58,052 bases of DNA from Octopus sinensis (Eukaryota), in the NCBI RefSeq assembly GCF_006345805.1, contig NW_021835891.1, positions 1-58,052 on the forward strand. Reading direction: 5' to 3'. The notes below the pieces were generated by a model that was not told the origin of the DNA, made no database searches, and worked only from the letters and a program-made list of their open reading frames with translations. Positions 1-14,586 of the stretch are shown in pieces. The translations under genes were made by a program, and so were the position numbers. Every line of letters starts with the position of its first letter. The first letter of the stretch is position 1.

Positions 1-296
1 ATTAATATCAATATATCCTTGCATCGATGTTTCACGATGGGTAGAAATTCATATGTGATCTTTTATGGTCTGTAGCCCGAAACGCAATAACATGGATATA
101 TCCACGACCGATTGCCAGTCATATTAAATTCGCTATCATAATTCATCTTTATATCTAATCCCTACATAACTAAGGGAAATTGTCTGCTGGGATTTGTAAT
201 ATTCGCTGAGCAAATTTACCTGCAGTTTAACAACGACACACGTTCACAAAATGATATGCACACATACTTATATGTTATTTATTTATGCGCCATTTT

Positions 297-593
297 CAAG
301 CCTAGCCAGGCTCGAGGGCCCGGTTTTCCGGTTTCTGTGGCGTATGTTCCTCCCCCCCCCCCGTTGCACGGGACGCCAGTCCATCGCAGCGTTACTCAAG
401 AAGCAGGAAGAAAGAGTGAGAGAACGTTGGGGCGAAAGGGTACAATAGGGGTCGCCACTACCCCCTGCCGGAGCCTTGTGGAGCTTTTAGGTGTTTTGGC
501 TCAAAAAACACACATAACGCCCGGTCTGAGAATCGAATCCACGATCCTCCGACCACGAGTCCGCTGCCCTAACAACTGGGCCATTGCACCTCC
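297..593 (-). mobile_element. tRNA-derived SINE, family A (head GGAGGCGCAATGGCCCAGTGGTTAGGGCAGCGGACTCG)
   Basis: A- and B-box-like head on the minus strand; homologous copies elsewhere in the window. Confidence 0.85.
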
Positions 594-613
594 ACATATT
601 TAATATAATATAC

Positions 614-679
<66 letters not shown>

Positions 680-708
680 AGAATAGAGAGAGAGAGAGAA
701 AGATAGAG

Positions 709-763
<55 letters not shown>

Positions 764-1079
764 GGCGGTGCCCCAACATGGTCACAGCTCGTGAGCTGAA
801 ACTAGATGAAAAAATATAAAGCATATATATATATATATCAAGCATATATATATATATAATATATATATATATATACGACATGCTTCTTTAGGTTTCGTCT
901 ACCAAACCCACTTACAAGGCATTAGTCGGCGCAGGGCTATAGTAGAAAACACTTGCCTAAGGTGCCACGTGTTGAGATCGAACACAGAACCATGTGATTT
1001 GGAAATAAATATTTTTCACCACACAGATACAAATATATACTAGTATGCATGTGTGCGAATCTGTGCGTGTGTCTGTGTG

Positions 1080-1115
<36 letters not shown>

Positions 1116-1552
1116 GGATGCGATATTACCATAGTCTGTCGTACAATAATTACACCCTGTCTTGACTTAGCAGTAATCACTTAACCGGCGTCATTTTTAA
1201 TTATATAACCAGTGTGACGGTTTAACATTAAAAGCGTCAGTTTCTCACTTTATCAGCAAATTAACGTTAATTATTGGAATTAAAATTAATGAAGCTTTCA
1301 ATTAGTACATCTGTATGTTTATTAAATAAAAGGAAGAATATTTGATGTCATTTGACAAACATCGTGATCATAAGAATACATATACATACGTGTGTGTGTA
1401 TATATATGTGTGTGTATGTATATATATATAATATATATATATATTTATTAATGTATATATGTATATGTATATATGTATATATATATGTATATATATATAT
1501 ATGTATATGTATATATATTCATACATATATATATATATACAGACACACATAT

Positions 1553-1591
<39 letters not shown>

Positions 1592-1843
1592 CTATAATAC
1601 ATATATATGTTTATGTATATTTTGCATGTGTTGCTCTATTCCTCGCATGATAATCTGTTACTTTCCAAAACTCTCATTTAATAAACTTACGTTTGTGACA
1701 AATTAAATACTCAATTAGTATTAATTTATACAATTAATGAATGCGAATTGATGTGACAGCGCAAAAACAAAAAAATGGATGCTACAAATATTAAGACAAC
1801 AAATGTTATGCGTATGTGTGAGAGAACGACTTTGGGTGTACGA

Positions 1844-1879
<36 letters not shown>

Positions 1880-2247
1880 TTAATTATCTGTTTTTAAAAC
1901 GCTCTTGCTCATTAGTTGATAAGCATTCGCTGACGAATTACGTTTCGATGAGCTACAAAAGACACCATTATGCTAAAGAGACGGTGTTTCGATATAATTG
2001 CTCTTTTGCAGTGGGATTCGCAGACATAGTTGCTAGTCTCTTCTGATGTTTGCCAATTTGGATTTATTTTCCTAAATGCATCTGAAGCCGCCCGAGAGTC
2101 ACTATAAACATGGGCGTATTATTTTTGGTACGCTACTGTATAAAAGGGATTGCGAGTTTTTGTCTCGAGGAAAATATTTCTTCTGTGGCCGTTGTATGTA
2201 AGGAAATACCAGCTACAGTTTGCTGATAACCTCTCTCTCATGAAGTC

Positions 2248-2657
2248 GGTGAGCTGGCAGAAACGTTAGCACACCGGATGAAATAGCGGTATTTCGTCTG
2301 CCGTTACGTTCTGAGTTCAAATTCCGCCGAGGTCGACTTTGCCTTTCATCCTTTCGGAGTCGATGAATTAGGTACCAGTTACGCACTGGGGTCGATGTAA
2401 TTGACTTAATTCCTTTGTCTGTCCTTGTTTGTCCCCTCTATGTTTAGCCTCTTGTGGGCAATAAAGAAATAGGAAACGTTAGCACGCCGGACGAAATGCT
2501 TAGCTGTGTTTCGTCTGTCGTTACGTTCTGACACTGAGGTCGACTTTGCCTTTCAACCTTTCGGGTTCGATAATTTATGTACCAACCGCGTACTGGGGTC
2601 GATCAAAACAACTGTCCCCACCTCCCCAAAAATTTTGAGCTTGTGCCTAAAGTAAAA
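2248..2657 (+). mobile_element. SINE family C (GGCGGCGAGCTGGCAGAA...GAGTTCAAATTCCGCCGAGGTCGAC), internally duplicated
   Basis: B-box-like GTTCAAATTCC; many copies in the window. Confidence 0.85.
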
Positions 2658-3361
2658 TAAAAAAATCTTTTCTCTCGTATGTATGGACGATATTGTAAAT
2701 GAAATATCAGATCATGCCTTTGCTGAATCCATCCATGACCGGCATTCTTTTCACACATCCGTAATACCAGGAGTGTGACCTTTCACTTCGGAGAAGTAGC
2801 GGTTTGTCCTGGAGAGGCACCCTGATATCTGAGGTGTGCACTCTGTGGAATAATGCTGTCCGAAAGATCCTTCGGACGGACACGAATTTGACCACCTGTA
2901 TTCGCGGTCAGACTCTTTCGGTCATTATACAATATTCAAGACTGAATATGAAGAGAGGCATTAAAACCGAAATGAAGACGGATGTATATGTGAATGAATA
3001 AGAGAATGTGAGTGCGTACGAGGATGTGTGTGTATGTCTGTGTGTTTGTGTGTGTGTGAGTGAGTGTGTCTATATGTGTGATTGCATTGAGGGTTTCAAT
3101 AATGCAGGGTGATGCCGACAGATGTCGTTACGATGGCGATGTAGTCTAAAAGGGTGTCACTTCACACATCATAGGATACCAATATTAAGGTACAGATTAG
3201 GGGCTCCACTTACTCTGCTGTGTTACCCACATTAAACTGTGGTACATATGCCTGCAGCAGATGGAATCGACTCTAGTATGGGACTGATTGTTATTTATTA
3301 CATCGATCACCAAAAAACGAAGGCATAATTAAACTCGTTGACATTCGAAGTCAGAAAGTAA

Positions 3362-3444
<83 letters not shown>

Positions 3445-3857
3445 TAATAATAATAATAACAATAACAACAATAATAATGATAAAAATAATGATAACATTG
3501 CATCGTATTTGACTCGGCGTTTTTACGATTCTACATTTGCGCCGCCCTTCCCATGTCATTAGCGTCCATGAGGAAAACATAACAAAGATATTTTATAGAG
3601 TCATGGCCGATTATATTTCTGTCTATAATGTCGGCCATTTTAATATCGTTGAAATATTAGGATCTTCTCGTATTTTGTTTTTATTTTTGTTTCTATTTAA
3701 TCTTATATATACAGAAAAATGGCAGCAACGATATTTCTACTCAAATATTACATTTGATTATAATTACGCGTCTATATGCAAATATACACAAGCCTAAACA
3801 CACGAGCTTGTATATATATGTGTGCCTATGTTTAGACCAATGCGTCTATTTGTGTGT

Positions 3858-3893
<36 letters not shown>

Positions 3894-4143
3894 ATTCCCT
3901 ATGTGTTTGTATGCGTTCTCGTAACATTTTACTGGTCCCAGCCAGTTATCAGACATAATGCTGATGGAAGACCGTCCCTGGAGTCGTTCATGCCATTTTG
4001 TATGTATGTATGTATGCATGTATGTATGTATGTATTTGTGCGCCTATTGTGTTTATGTATACATGTAATTGAGCAAATATGACCATATATATGTATCATT
4101 TAATATTTACGATAGTGTCTACCTAACTCCCTCCTTCTTCCCG

Positions 4144-4223
<80 letters not shown>

Positions 4224-4722
4224 TATATATATACACCCATTCTCAGACTCTTAAACTCAGACACACATACACGTAATATCTCTCCCCTCTGCCTCTTTCT
4301 CTCACACAAACACACACTCACGCACACACACACGCACACACTTTCACACACACACACACACTATTATACAGAAACACGTACACACATCGTAATACTATAG
4401 CATTTAATTTTCTTCCGACATTGCAGTGTTTGCCCCGATAGCTATCAAATTACTCTGGTTATCTAATTGCCTGGACACAGATAGAGCAAACGCCAAATGG
4501 TTAACATATTAGAATCCATGATCCTTCCCAACATTTCCAATTCCTATTTCGAGTTGTTTGTCTGCGAGCAGCTTAACTTTGCGCATCCAACTCTCATACC
4601 CGGTTTGGAAACTACAAGAGAAATGAGACGGTCATTTTGTATTTATATATTATTTTTGTTACTTTTGTTGTTATTGCTAATATTATTGTTATTTCTGTTC
4701 TTGTGGAATCTACAAGAATTTT

Positions 4723-5129
4723 TCTTATGAAGAAAGGCTGAAGACGCCCGACCTTTATTCTCTAGAAAAACGACGACGCCGTGGTGATCTCATTCTTGCT
4801 CACAACATCATAAGCGGAAAGTGTAACCTCTCGAAAGAGCTGTTCTTCACTCCTGCTCCAGAGCGTCGGCTGCGGGGTCACTCCGAAAAGCTCTATCTGC
4901 GACGATTTCATCTCAATGGAAGGAGAGGGGCTTTCTCCGTCCGGGTTGCGGATCCGTGGAATAAGCTGCCGGACGAGACGGTGAAGATGCCGACGACCGC
5001 TCGGTTCAAAGTCTCCCTTGACCACAAGCGGCCTGAACTCTTTACATGAACACCACCCTGTACGTAACTCCATGTCCCCCTTACATGGCCTTGCTTTTTG
5101 CTTTTTGAGCCAAAAATTAACTAACTAAC
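4723..5129 (+). mobile_element. 5'-truncated CR1-clade LINE, ORF2 C-terminus plus 3' UTR
   Basis: 4726-5049 translates without stops as YEERLKTPDLYSLEKRRRRGDLI...FSVRVADPWNKLP...*, the typical CR1 ORF2 end. It terminates in a (TAAC)n tail. Confidence 0.88.
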
Positions 5130-5695
5130 AGTGGTTCGCATCCGTAGTCGACATGACTCTTCAGTGCCACATTCGGCTGTTCTTAAAATTCACGTGGAAT
5201 AAATTGGTTATACGGTTGAAATACACGAAATATTTTTAATAGATTTTTTTAATGCAATTTCAAATTATATCTAATTTTCTATCTAATTACATAAATACAA
5301 TGGGATATGTTAGATATCAAATGGCTCAGAGGGTCAATCCGAGTAAAACAGAAATCAAAGCCGGTCCATTGATAAAAAAATAGTTGAGAACTACGGTTGT
5401 AGATGATTAGCTCTGGTAGATCTCACCCCCAGATTCTTCTCATCATTCATGCGTTTCCATCAGAAAATATACAATATATATATTTTCATCTGTCTTAACC
5501 GCTTTTGTTTTGGTGTTTGCTGAATTTCTCTAGAGAACATTCTTTTTCTTTGTAGTTAGATCGTAGATGAACTTCTTCTAGCATACTGGATGTCCACTTA
5601 GTGGCCATCCTTTATTATACGCACATATATACATACATATATATATATATATATTATATATATATATATTATATATATATATATACATATACATG

Positions 5696-5737
<42 letters not shown>

Positions 5738-6019
5738 CATGCATACATATACACATATACAGGTATGCATATATAAATACACGCACACATGTACATGTAT
5801 ATATATATTTATATATATATGTGTGTGTGTGTGTATATATATATATATCAATTATTCCATGCATTTCTTCGTTGCATACAAACGTGGCTGAGATCGCCGA
5901 TGACCCCATTAGCAATTAACAGTTTCTGAATAATTAATTAGCCATTAGCATTTCAAGAAAAGACATGTCAAAAAACGATCTTTGCCGGTCAGATCATTGC
6001 CGTTATGCATGTCAATGGC

Positions 6020-7097
6020 GATATGTTACGTCATCAACAACGACAATGATCCTCAACATCATAACCATCATCACTGTCATCAACATCATAACCATCATCA
6101 CTGTCATCATCCACATAACCATCATCACTGTCATCATCATCATAACCATCATCACTGTCATCATCATCATAGCCATCATCACTGTCATCATCATCATCAT
6201 CGTCATCATCGTCGTCGTCATCATCACCACCACCACACCACCACCACCACCACCACTATCAATGCAATTATCTCCACCCCCACCCAGACTTGCACGACCA
6301 TGGTCACCAAACGGTGACTACCACTACCACCATCGCTACTATCTTCCTGCACATCATCATCATCATCATCATCATTTATGTCGAAAGTCATAAAGCAATA
6401 TTACGTCATTAACCTCACCATGTTCACCGTCTTCGAATAGTCATCGTAATCGTCATTATAATCATCACCGTAATTATCATCATCATCAACATCATCATCA
6501 TCATCATCATCATCATCGTCATCATCGTCATCATCACCGTAATTATCATCATTGCAATTATTTTCTCGTAACAAAAGTGACATATTAGTTTATCCCCATA
6601 TTCGCCGCCGCCGCCGCCGACGGCACCACCACCGCCACCACCATCATCGTCATCATCGTCATCATCGTCATCGTTGACGTCGTTGTCGTTGTCGTCGTCG
6701 TCGTCGGTAGCGGCGTTATCATCATCTGTAACAAAAGGGACATATTAGAATCTCGCTTTCGTCAACACCGCCGCCACCGCCATCGAATTTAGCATTGTCC
6801 CCCCTCCCCCTCCATCCACCCATCCACACACACCCTCATCGTCGTCGTCCCCGTCGTTGTTGTCATCATCGTCTTCGTCGTCGCCTCCGTGGCCGTCTGC
6901 AGCCGGATCGTACTAATCCCTTAATTATCTCCGTTAAATTCATCATCGGTTATATTTCATCTTCAGCATCAATCCCCCAACATTTCCATTACGTTCCATC
7001 AGCTCCCGCCTCTTCCCCTTCCTCTTCCTCTTCTTCTTCATCATCCTCATCGCCATCGCCATCGTCATTCATACTCATGACTATCATCGTCATCACC

Positions 7098-7128
<31 letters not shown>

Positions 7129-7543
7129 CCACCACCGCTACCAACAGCTCCAAAGTCGCGAGAACCGCCTCCACCACCACCACCACCACCACCACCAGCA
7201 TCATCATCATCATTATCATCAATCTTCCCTTCCTCATCCTTTTCGTGATCACCTTCGTTATCTTCACCGTCATGTTCATCAACAACATCGTCGTCGTGCT
7301 TGTTGTCGTCACCATCTTCTTCATCATCCTCCTCCTCCTCCTCATCATCATCATCATCAGCAGCAGCAGCAGCAGCCGCAGCGTAATCTTTATCATCATC
7401 ATCATCATCATCATCATCGATATCATCAGTCTTCATCATCAACGTCAACATTGTCGTCGTCGTCATCATCGTCATCATCATTATGATCCCTTCTACCGTC
7501 ACCATCATTCTCATAACCACCATCATCATCATCATCATCATCG

Positions 7544-7595
<52 letters not shown>

Positions 7596-7720
7596 CAGCA
7601 TCGCCATCATCATCATCATCATCATCGCCATCATCATTATCATCATCATCGCCATCCCCCTCTTCCTCCTCTTCCTCCTCCTCCTCCTCCTCATCATCAT
7701 CATCATCATCATCATCATAA
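6020..7720. repeat. Mosaic trinucleotide microsatellite field (CAT, CAC, CGT, CAG, CCT)
   Basis: Visible directly; explains the poly-H/D/M/I ORFs in the track. Confidence 0.95.
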
Positions 7721-8560
7721 CATAAAGACAAATGGATCTCCGTTTGTATCGACGATGGTAGCTCAACCATTCGGTCAAGTGATACATACACATTCAACAT
7801 CCCCCCCCCATACCAATATAAGGGAAATGCATTTTTCATTCTTCTTTAATAATTTCGTTAAGTATATCCATTAAATTTCTCCAATATTTCTCATTAAAAT
7901 TGGTTATAACACAAAAGAAAGGAGGAGTCATCGTTTTTAAATCAAAATTATTAATCTTTTATTCATCCTTTTTACTTATATTTTAGATGGGGTTAATAAT
8001 ATGAGACTGCTGACCTCAGTTCTAGAAGTATATAATCCAATATAGCTCTTCTTGTCCTGAAATAGCAGGACGTTATTTGTTGGAGGTTTAGCTGTTATTT
8101 CTAGTAAGCCCATCTGCTCACATTTACCGTTTCCCTGTTGAGAAACGCTTGACAGTTTACTATTTGCTTTGGATCAGTTGAAGATTTTGACGTGATTTGG
8201 GTATCATTGAGTTAGATTTAAATATAATCTTCGCTGGATTAATAGCGATGATGTTCGATTTAAACGGATGCACCGATGCCAGAATATCAAGTCCTAATGA
8301 CAAATCATAAATAAATAATAGTTGCTAGGATATGACATGTCTTATGAACGAAGAAACAACAAACAAAGCGAAACAGGAAGCTGTGATTTTCTATTGACGT
8401 TCGCCATGATATTATGGATAATTCTAGAAGATTCGGATCTATTGATTGAAAGTACATCAAAAGTTCTTTCTTTAACTCTAAGGAAGAAGAAGAATAAAGG
8501 AAATGGTAATATGTCAGAATTGCTATTGATTTATAATAAATACATCGAGTCCGGTATAGA

Positions 8561-8695
8561 ACTGGTTCTTATTTTATCGACCTCGAAAGGATAAAAGGCA
8601 AAGTCGACCTCGGCGGAATTTGAGCTCAGAACGTAAAGACAGACGAAATACTGCTAAGCATTTCGTCCGGCGTGCTAACGATTCTGCCAGCTACC
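8561..8695 (-). mobile_element. SINE family C, partial
   Basis: Reverse complement of the 2248 head. Confidence 0.8.
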
Positions 8696-8828
8696 TCCAT
8701 TAAAAGAGACGAAAGTTAATTATTTTTGCATGAGAACGATCGTTCTGCTTCATAGCATATTTGAATGTGTGCACGCATATATCTTTATATATGTAAGTGT
8801 ATGTATGTTGTGTATATGCATATATGTA

Positions 8829-8950
8829 TATCACGTGATCACGTGACCGAACAGTCCATCAAATGTAGTTACACATCGCTGGTCACAATGCGTTCGCATT
8901 GTTTTAGCCTTCGAATGACGCCACCCTGTTGGCTAAGCGAGCAGGCCAAT
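8829..8950 (+). repeat. Short interspersed repeat starting TATCACGTGATCACGTGACCG
   Basis: A second, diverged copy lies at 40053-40168; both follow TA-rich microsatellite. Confidence 0.7.
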
Positions 8951-9302
8951 ATGTATATATATATATATATATTTATATATATACATATATATATATACAT
9001 ACATATATACACACACACATATATATACATGTGTTTGTGTGTGCGTGTATATATAAGTATGCATATGTATGTGTCTGTGTGACCAAACTTATAATTTTGC
9101 GTCTCTGACTGAGGTATCGAGTACTATTTGTTATGTTTGAACCGTCTTTACAATTATATAACGATGTTTAGATATGTATATATGTACATATATACATGCA
9201 TACATACATACATATATATACCATGTATAGTATATATATATATTATATATATATATATATATATATGTATATAAATGAAATATTATACACACACATACAC
9301 AA

Positions 9303-9369
<67 letters not shown>

Positions 9370-10445
9370 TATGTATATATGCTATACAAGTTATATGTAT
9401 ATTATATGTGCACAGACCAAAAGAGAGAAAAGAGGGAAGAAATTTGTATGATGAAAATGTCTCTAGCTTTAACTAACAACGAATAATCGAGAGAAAACTT
9501 TGTAACAAATATACAGTCTTCCATTGATGGAAAACTAAAACAACAACAACAACAGCCGCAACAACAACAACAACAAAAACGGGAAACAAACAACAAAATC
9601 AACGAGAACAACATCAAAATGAAGAAGAATTAAAAGCGGCAGATTTTCCAACAGAAGTTTAGAGATAAAACTAATCGACCAATAGTCTATATTGTATCAA
9701 TTGTAACTCAGTTTTTGAAAGATTTCCCTGTGGGAATTAAAGAAATGGCGTTCACTTTGTGTTCATCTATGTCTTGGAACTTCGTATTAGTTCTTGTTTC
9801 TTTTATGATTTCTCTCTACTTATCTATTTATCTGTCTATATATTTATTTATTTATATATTTATCTATTTAGGCATTATTTATTTATTTGTTTGTTTGTTT
9901 CCCTATCTATGTATTTAGATAATTTTCCTCCACGTTTATTTATTTTTTAATACATTTATGTATTTCTCAGTTTCTAAAATGGCGGAATCGTTAGATTATC
10001 AGACAAGCTGCCTCAGGACATGAATGATTGTTCTGTCCTCGCTTAGTTTAGATTTCGTTGAAATCAACTTTGGCTTATATTCTTTCGAACTCGAACAACC
10101 AAAATACCGTTCGAATAGCGTTTAATAGACTACACTTTTCCCAGAAAATATGTGGCTGTCTTAGATAAGATTAGAATTTAAGACAAAAAGAATCTCGTTA
10201 TGATTTGTGGATTATGTAATAATTTTTTTCCCGTTTATCTTTCACTTTTCTCCATTCGTTCGACTGAACCCTTGCGATGTAAGCCAACCTTGAAGGGTTA
10301 CATCGAACAAATCTCCCCCATCTATTATACTTTTAAAGCCTGCTATTAATGCTATTGGCCTTTTTTGCCAAATCCCCACATTACGGTGACAAAAACAAGC
10401 CCTGGGATGGCAAGCACAAAGACGTACATTCAAGCACACGCTCAA

Positions 10446-10514
<69 letters not shown>

Positions 10515-10655
10515 ATATATCAAAAATACTAAATTTCTAAATCTCTCGTAGAGACATGTACGGTAGTGGGGCGATAGAATGGTTGTATACTGTCAATCTA
10601 ACACGAACGTGACAGTAGGGGGTACACCACCGCTGTTTAGCCCTAGGAAGCATCG

Positions 10656-10901
10656 ACGCCTCCTGATGGCTTTGACACATTTTTCCAGTGTCCTTATGTA
10701 TATTTACGAAGGGGAGACAAATATCCCCAGCCGCCCGGGCTGCATCTAGGGACACGTGTTTCAGGATGATTGTCCTTCGTCAGCCTAGACTAGCGGACAC
10801 CGGTCAGCTGGTGATATTTGTCTCGACTTCGTAATGTATATATCTAATCGTAAATGTATATAAAGACACAGGGAAAATGTGTCAAAGCCATCAGGAGGCG
10901 T
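10656..10901. repeat. Imperfect fold-back (inverted repeat) element enclosing the 10745-10789 hammerhead
   Basis: Outer arms 10656-10709 and 10848-10901 (ACGCCTCCTGATGGCTTTGACACAT...TTTACGA). Inner arms 10714-10731 and 10807-10824 (GAGACAAATATC[C/A]CCAGC). Confidence 0.85.
10745..10789 (-). ncRNA. Minimal type I hammerhead ribozyme, canonical core
   Basis: Minus strand reads TCTAGG-CTGACGA-AGGA(CAATCA)TCCT-GAAA-CACGTG-TC-CCTAGA: 6-bp stem I, CUGANGA, 4-bp stem II, GAAA, palindromic stem III (ACACGTGT) and a GUC cleavage triplet. Confidence 0.9.
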
Positions 10902-11900
10902 TTCTTAAACGAGGGACATATTCATACAGCACAGAATGTTTTCACCTCAATAGACGTCATTGATTGGTTGAAATTGCAGAAATCGAAGAAAAAAACAAGA
11001 AATATCTTACAAACTATAGAATTTTCTCAATAAAGCCAAGAGAAAAAGATGTTTTATAAACACATTCTACCAGTATAAGAAGTTTAAAAGTGTTTAGTTA
11101 CGTGGAAATTATTTTAAAAAGCTGCCGTTCAAACCGAAAAGATCCATGGCAAGTAAGTCGAAACTTCGAAGTCACAATCAACCTTTTCATTTTTATCCTA
11201 AGATTTACTGCAACTTTGTCCTTCTTCGTTTCCTGTCGCAAATCAGCTTTTCTGTGACAGGAGTTTGCTTATCCACGCCTTTCTCAACTCTTTCCCCTTT
11301 GGACAGAGAACGATGCAGGAAGCAATTCCTACGCAATACTTCTTATGTAGCTTACTGCAAAAGAAAGAAAATAATTGCTTGTATTAGTTATCTTGTTTCT
11401 TATTTATCGTCGCAAATAGAACAAATTTAAGCTGCCAGCAGGCAAAGACAGAGATCGAGATCACAGCATTGAGATATAATGAATGTGGTGGCACTTCTAA
11501 TACATTTACATAACTAGAGATCGTGGGAAAGGCATCACTGCAACACATCCCGTATAAAACTTAGAAAACTTTTGTAGAATAAAAAAAACAAAAGATTTGT
11601 TTTCCTTTCTTCACCAATTTTTTCGTTACAAATATCATATATGAATGGTTTCTCTTGAATAAATGATTCCGTTTGACTTTATACAAATATACAAAATGCG
11701 TAGAAAAACAAAAGTATTTGCGTGATTTGCTTTGTTTTCTAGTTTCTTTGAATTCTTGAATAGTTTTTAAAGAATATTTTCGAAATGTTCGTTTTATTTT
11801 ATGTTTATGTTTATTTATAGACATTTCTTTTTTTACTTTATCTCACATTTTGATTCTCCGTTCAGTAACATTCATTTCATTATAATTATTCAAAACCTTC

Positions 11901-11951
<51 letters not shown>

Positions 11952-12522
11952 GTCGTCGTCGTCGTCGTCGTCATCATCATCATCATTATTACGACCAGCA
12001 CCAACAAAAATACTCCTCTTCATCTTCCCCTTTCATCTTTTTCTAATTCTGTTTGTTGTTGTTGCTCTTCTTCTTCTTCTTCTTCTTCTTCTTCCTTTTC
12101 CTTCTTCTTCTGCTTCTTCAATTTCGTCCTCTTCTTCGTCTTCCTCCTCTCCTTATTTCGTCTTCTTTTTCTTCTTCTCCATTTTCTACTACTACTACTA
12201 CTACTATACTACTACTACTACTACTTTAAATTCTTCTTCTTCATCGTCACCATGTTTTTCTTCTTCTTTATTGTTTGGTCGTCTTTAGTATTCTTCCTTG
12301 TTTATAAATTTAAAACGTTGAAGGTAATTCCTTAACAATATCTAACGAATGACTGAATAAACGAATTACGGATTAAAGAATCGGAAATAATTGAGGAAAG
12401 ACACGATAAGTCAAGTGAATGAAGGAATCAAAAGTCAGCCATTTTATTGCATAAACAATAACGATTTAATTTTTTTATATCATCAATGAATTCATTTGCA
12501 TCATGATCAAGTATTTATGTAT

Positions 12523-12576
<54 letters not shown>

Positions 12577-12850
12577 TTTATTTATACTATATATATGTAT
12601 GTATGTATGTAGTATGTATGTATGTATGTATATGTGTATATATGTATACATACATATGTTTATATGCATCTATATGTGCGTGTATTGTATAAATGTACAC
12701 ATACATATATATGCATATCTCTCTTCCACTCTCTCTCCATTTATACAGACACACACATACATACATACATACATACATACATACATACATACATACATAC
12801 ATACATAACATATGCATATATATATATGTATATACATATATATATATATA

Positions 12851-12897
<47 letters not shown>

Positions 12898-13787
12898 CAG
12901 GTGAATGCTAAATATTTATGAGAAAGTTTTTCAGATCAAAACTTATAATATATATAATACACGCACAGACAGGTTTGTTTGTATGTATGTATGTATGTAT
13001 GTATGTATGTATGTATGTATGTATGTATGTATACATTTATGTATGTATGTATGTACAGGTACATAGATATAAATTTCATTATCGACCAAATATTTTTGAG
13101 AAAGTTTATTGTACTACACACACACACACACACACACACACACGGGCATACAAACACTCATTCACACACATGTACACACGCACATACACTCATAAAGACA
13201 CAAGCGCACACAAACACAAACACACATAGACAGACATACACATACGCATATACGTGTATGTATATCATATACTTTGTACGTATGTGATGTGATGTATTTG
13301 CTGTTCTGCGGTTATCATCTTAATATTTATGGGGAAGTTTATTACAATTCCTTTATAAATTTCTTATTTGCTTATCTTTCTGAATTATTTCTGCTAAGTT
13401 TATTTGTTTACATTCAATATTGAAACACACACTCTCACACACAAACATACACACACACACACACACACACACGCACCCATGCATATACATATGTTGTCTT
13501 GTCTGTAGGAGAAATTTAGAGATGTGCTTTCACGTGTAACAATATGATTATATGAGGTCCCTCTCTATTACAGTCACATACATATATAAACACACTGCCT
13601 CTGTCAGTCTATGCATACATATTTGTATACCCGTATATATATGTATATATATATATATATATATACATAGATATACTTATATATACATATATAAGTATAT
13701 ATATATATGTATATATATATTTATATAATATATATATATGTACATATCATATATATATGTATATATAAATATTCATATATATGTGTG

Positions 13788-13834
<47 letters not shown>

Positions 13835-14586
13835 TATATATACATATATATATAATAATGTATATATTATATATACATATATATTTGCATATATATATAT
13901 CACACACATTTACATATACACACACACACATACACACACATATATATATAATCATATATATAAGGTATTGATTGCTCTTTGATTTGAACATATGATAGCC
14001 GTCTATCATTCAAACAGATTATACATATTTGATCCGTTATGTGTCGTTTATGTTAACATAAGAACAGAAAATGAAAGTAGAGGATAGTGAAGCATGATAT
14101 ATATTCATAAATGTCTGCATACACACACATACATATATACATACATGTGCGTATGTGTACTGGGATATTCTGTGGTGCCGGGTTCAAGTTCCTGGTTCAT
14201 GAACAGCCACAAAAGTGAAAAGTGCGTTGGGCATAAGAGATATACGTTTGTGTTTCCTTCCCAATTTGTTCTACAATTTCTCTGTATATCCAGTAATAAT
14301 ACTAAGTATTACTAAATATAGCAGTCTACATAAACTTCTCCACTCGAAGCAGATTGGATGATGATAATCTTTGTAGAGCTCCAAACTCAGCATTGGTATT
14401 CGTTCATCGAATTGTAGACATGATGAAAAAAATTATTCAAAATGTATAAATAAATGATGAGGAAAGAGTCGGTACAGTTTAGGTTATCTGTTGTTTTCCC
14501 TAGATTTACCCCGGGAACTTCGTAGTGGCGTTTGGGGTAACAGTATTAATAAGAGAGTTGATGGAATATGTGTTAGACTTTATTAA

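Noticed and set aside
297-593. tRNA-like sequences at SINE heads
   Set aside because: They have A/B boxes but continue into SINE bodies and lack a complete acceptor stem, so they are not called as tRNA genes.
5965-7839. Long poly-His/Asp/Met/Ile ORFs on both strands
   Set aside because: Translations of CAT/CAC/CGT microsatellites, open in several frames at once, with no splice or domain evidence.
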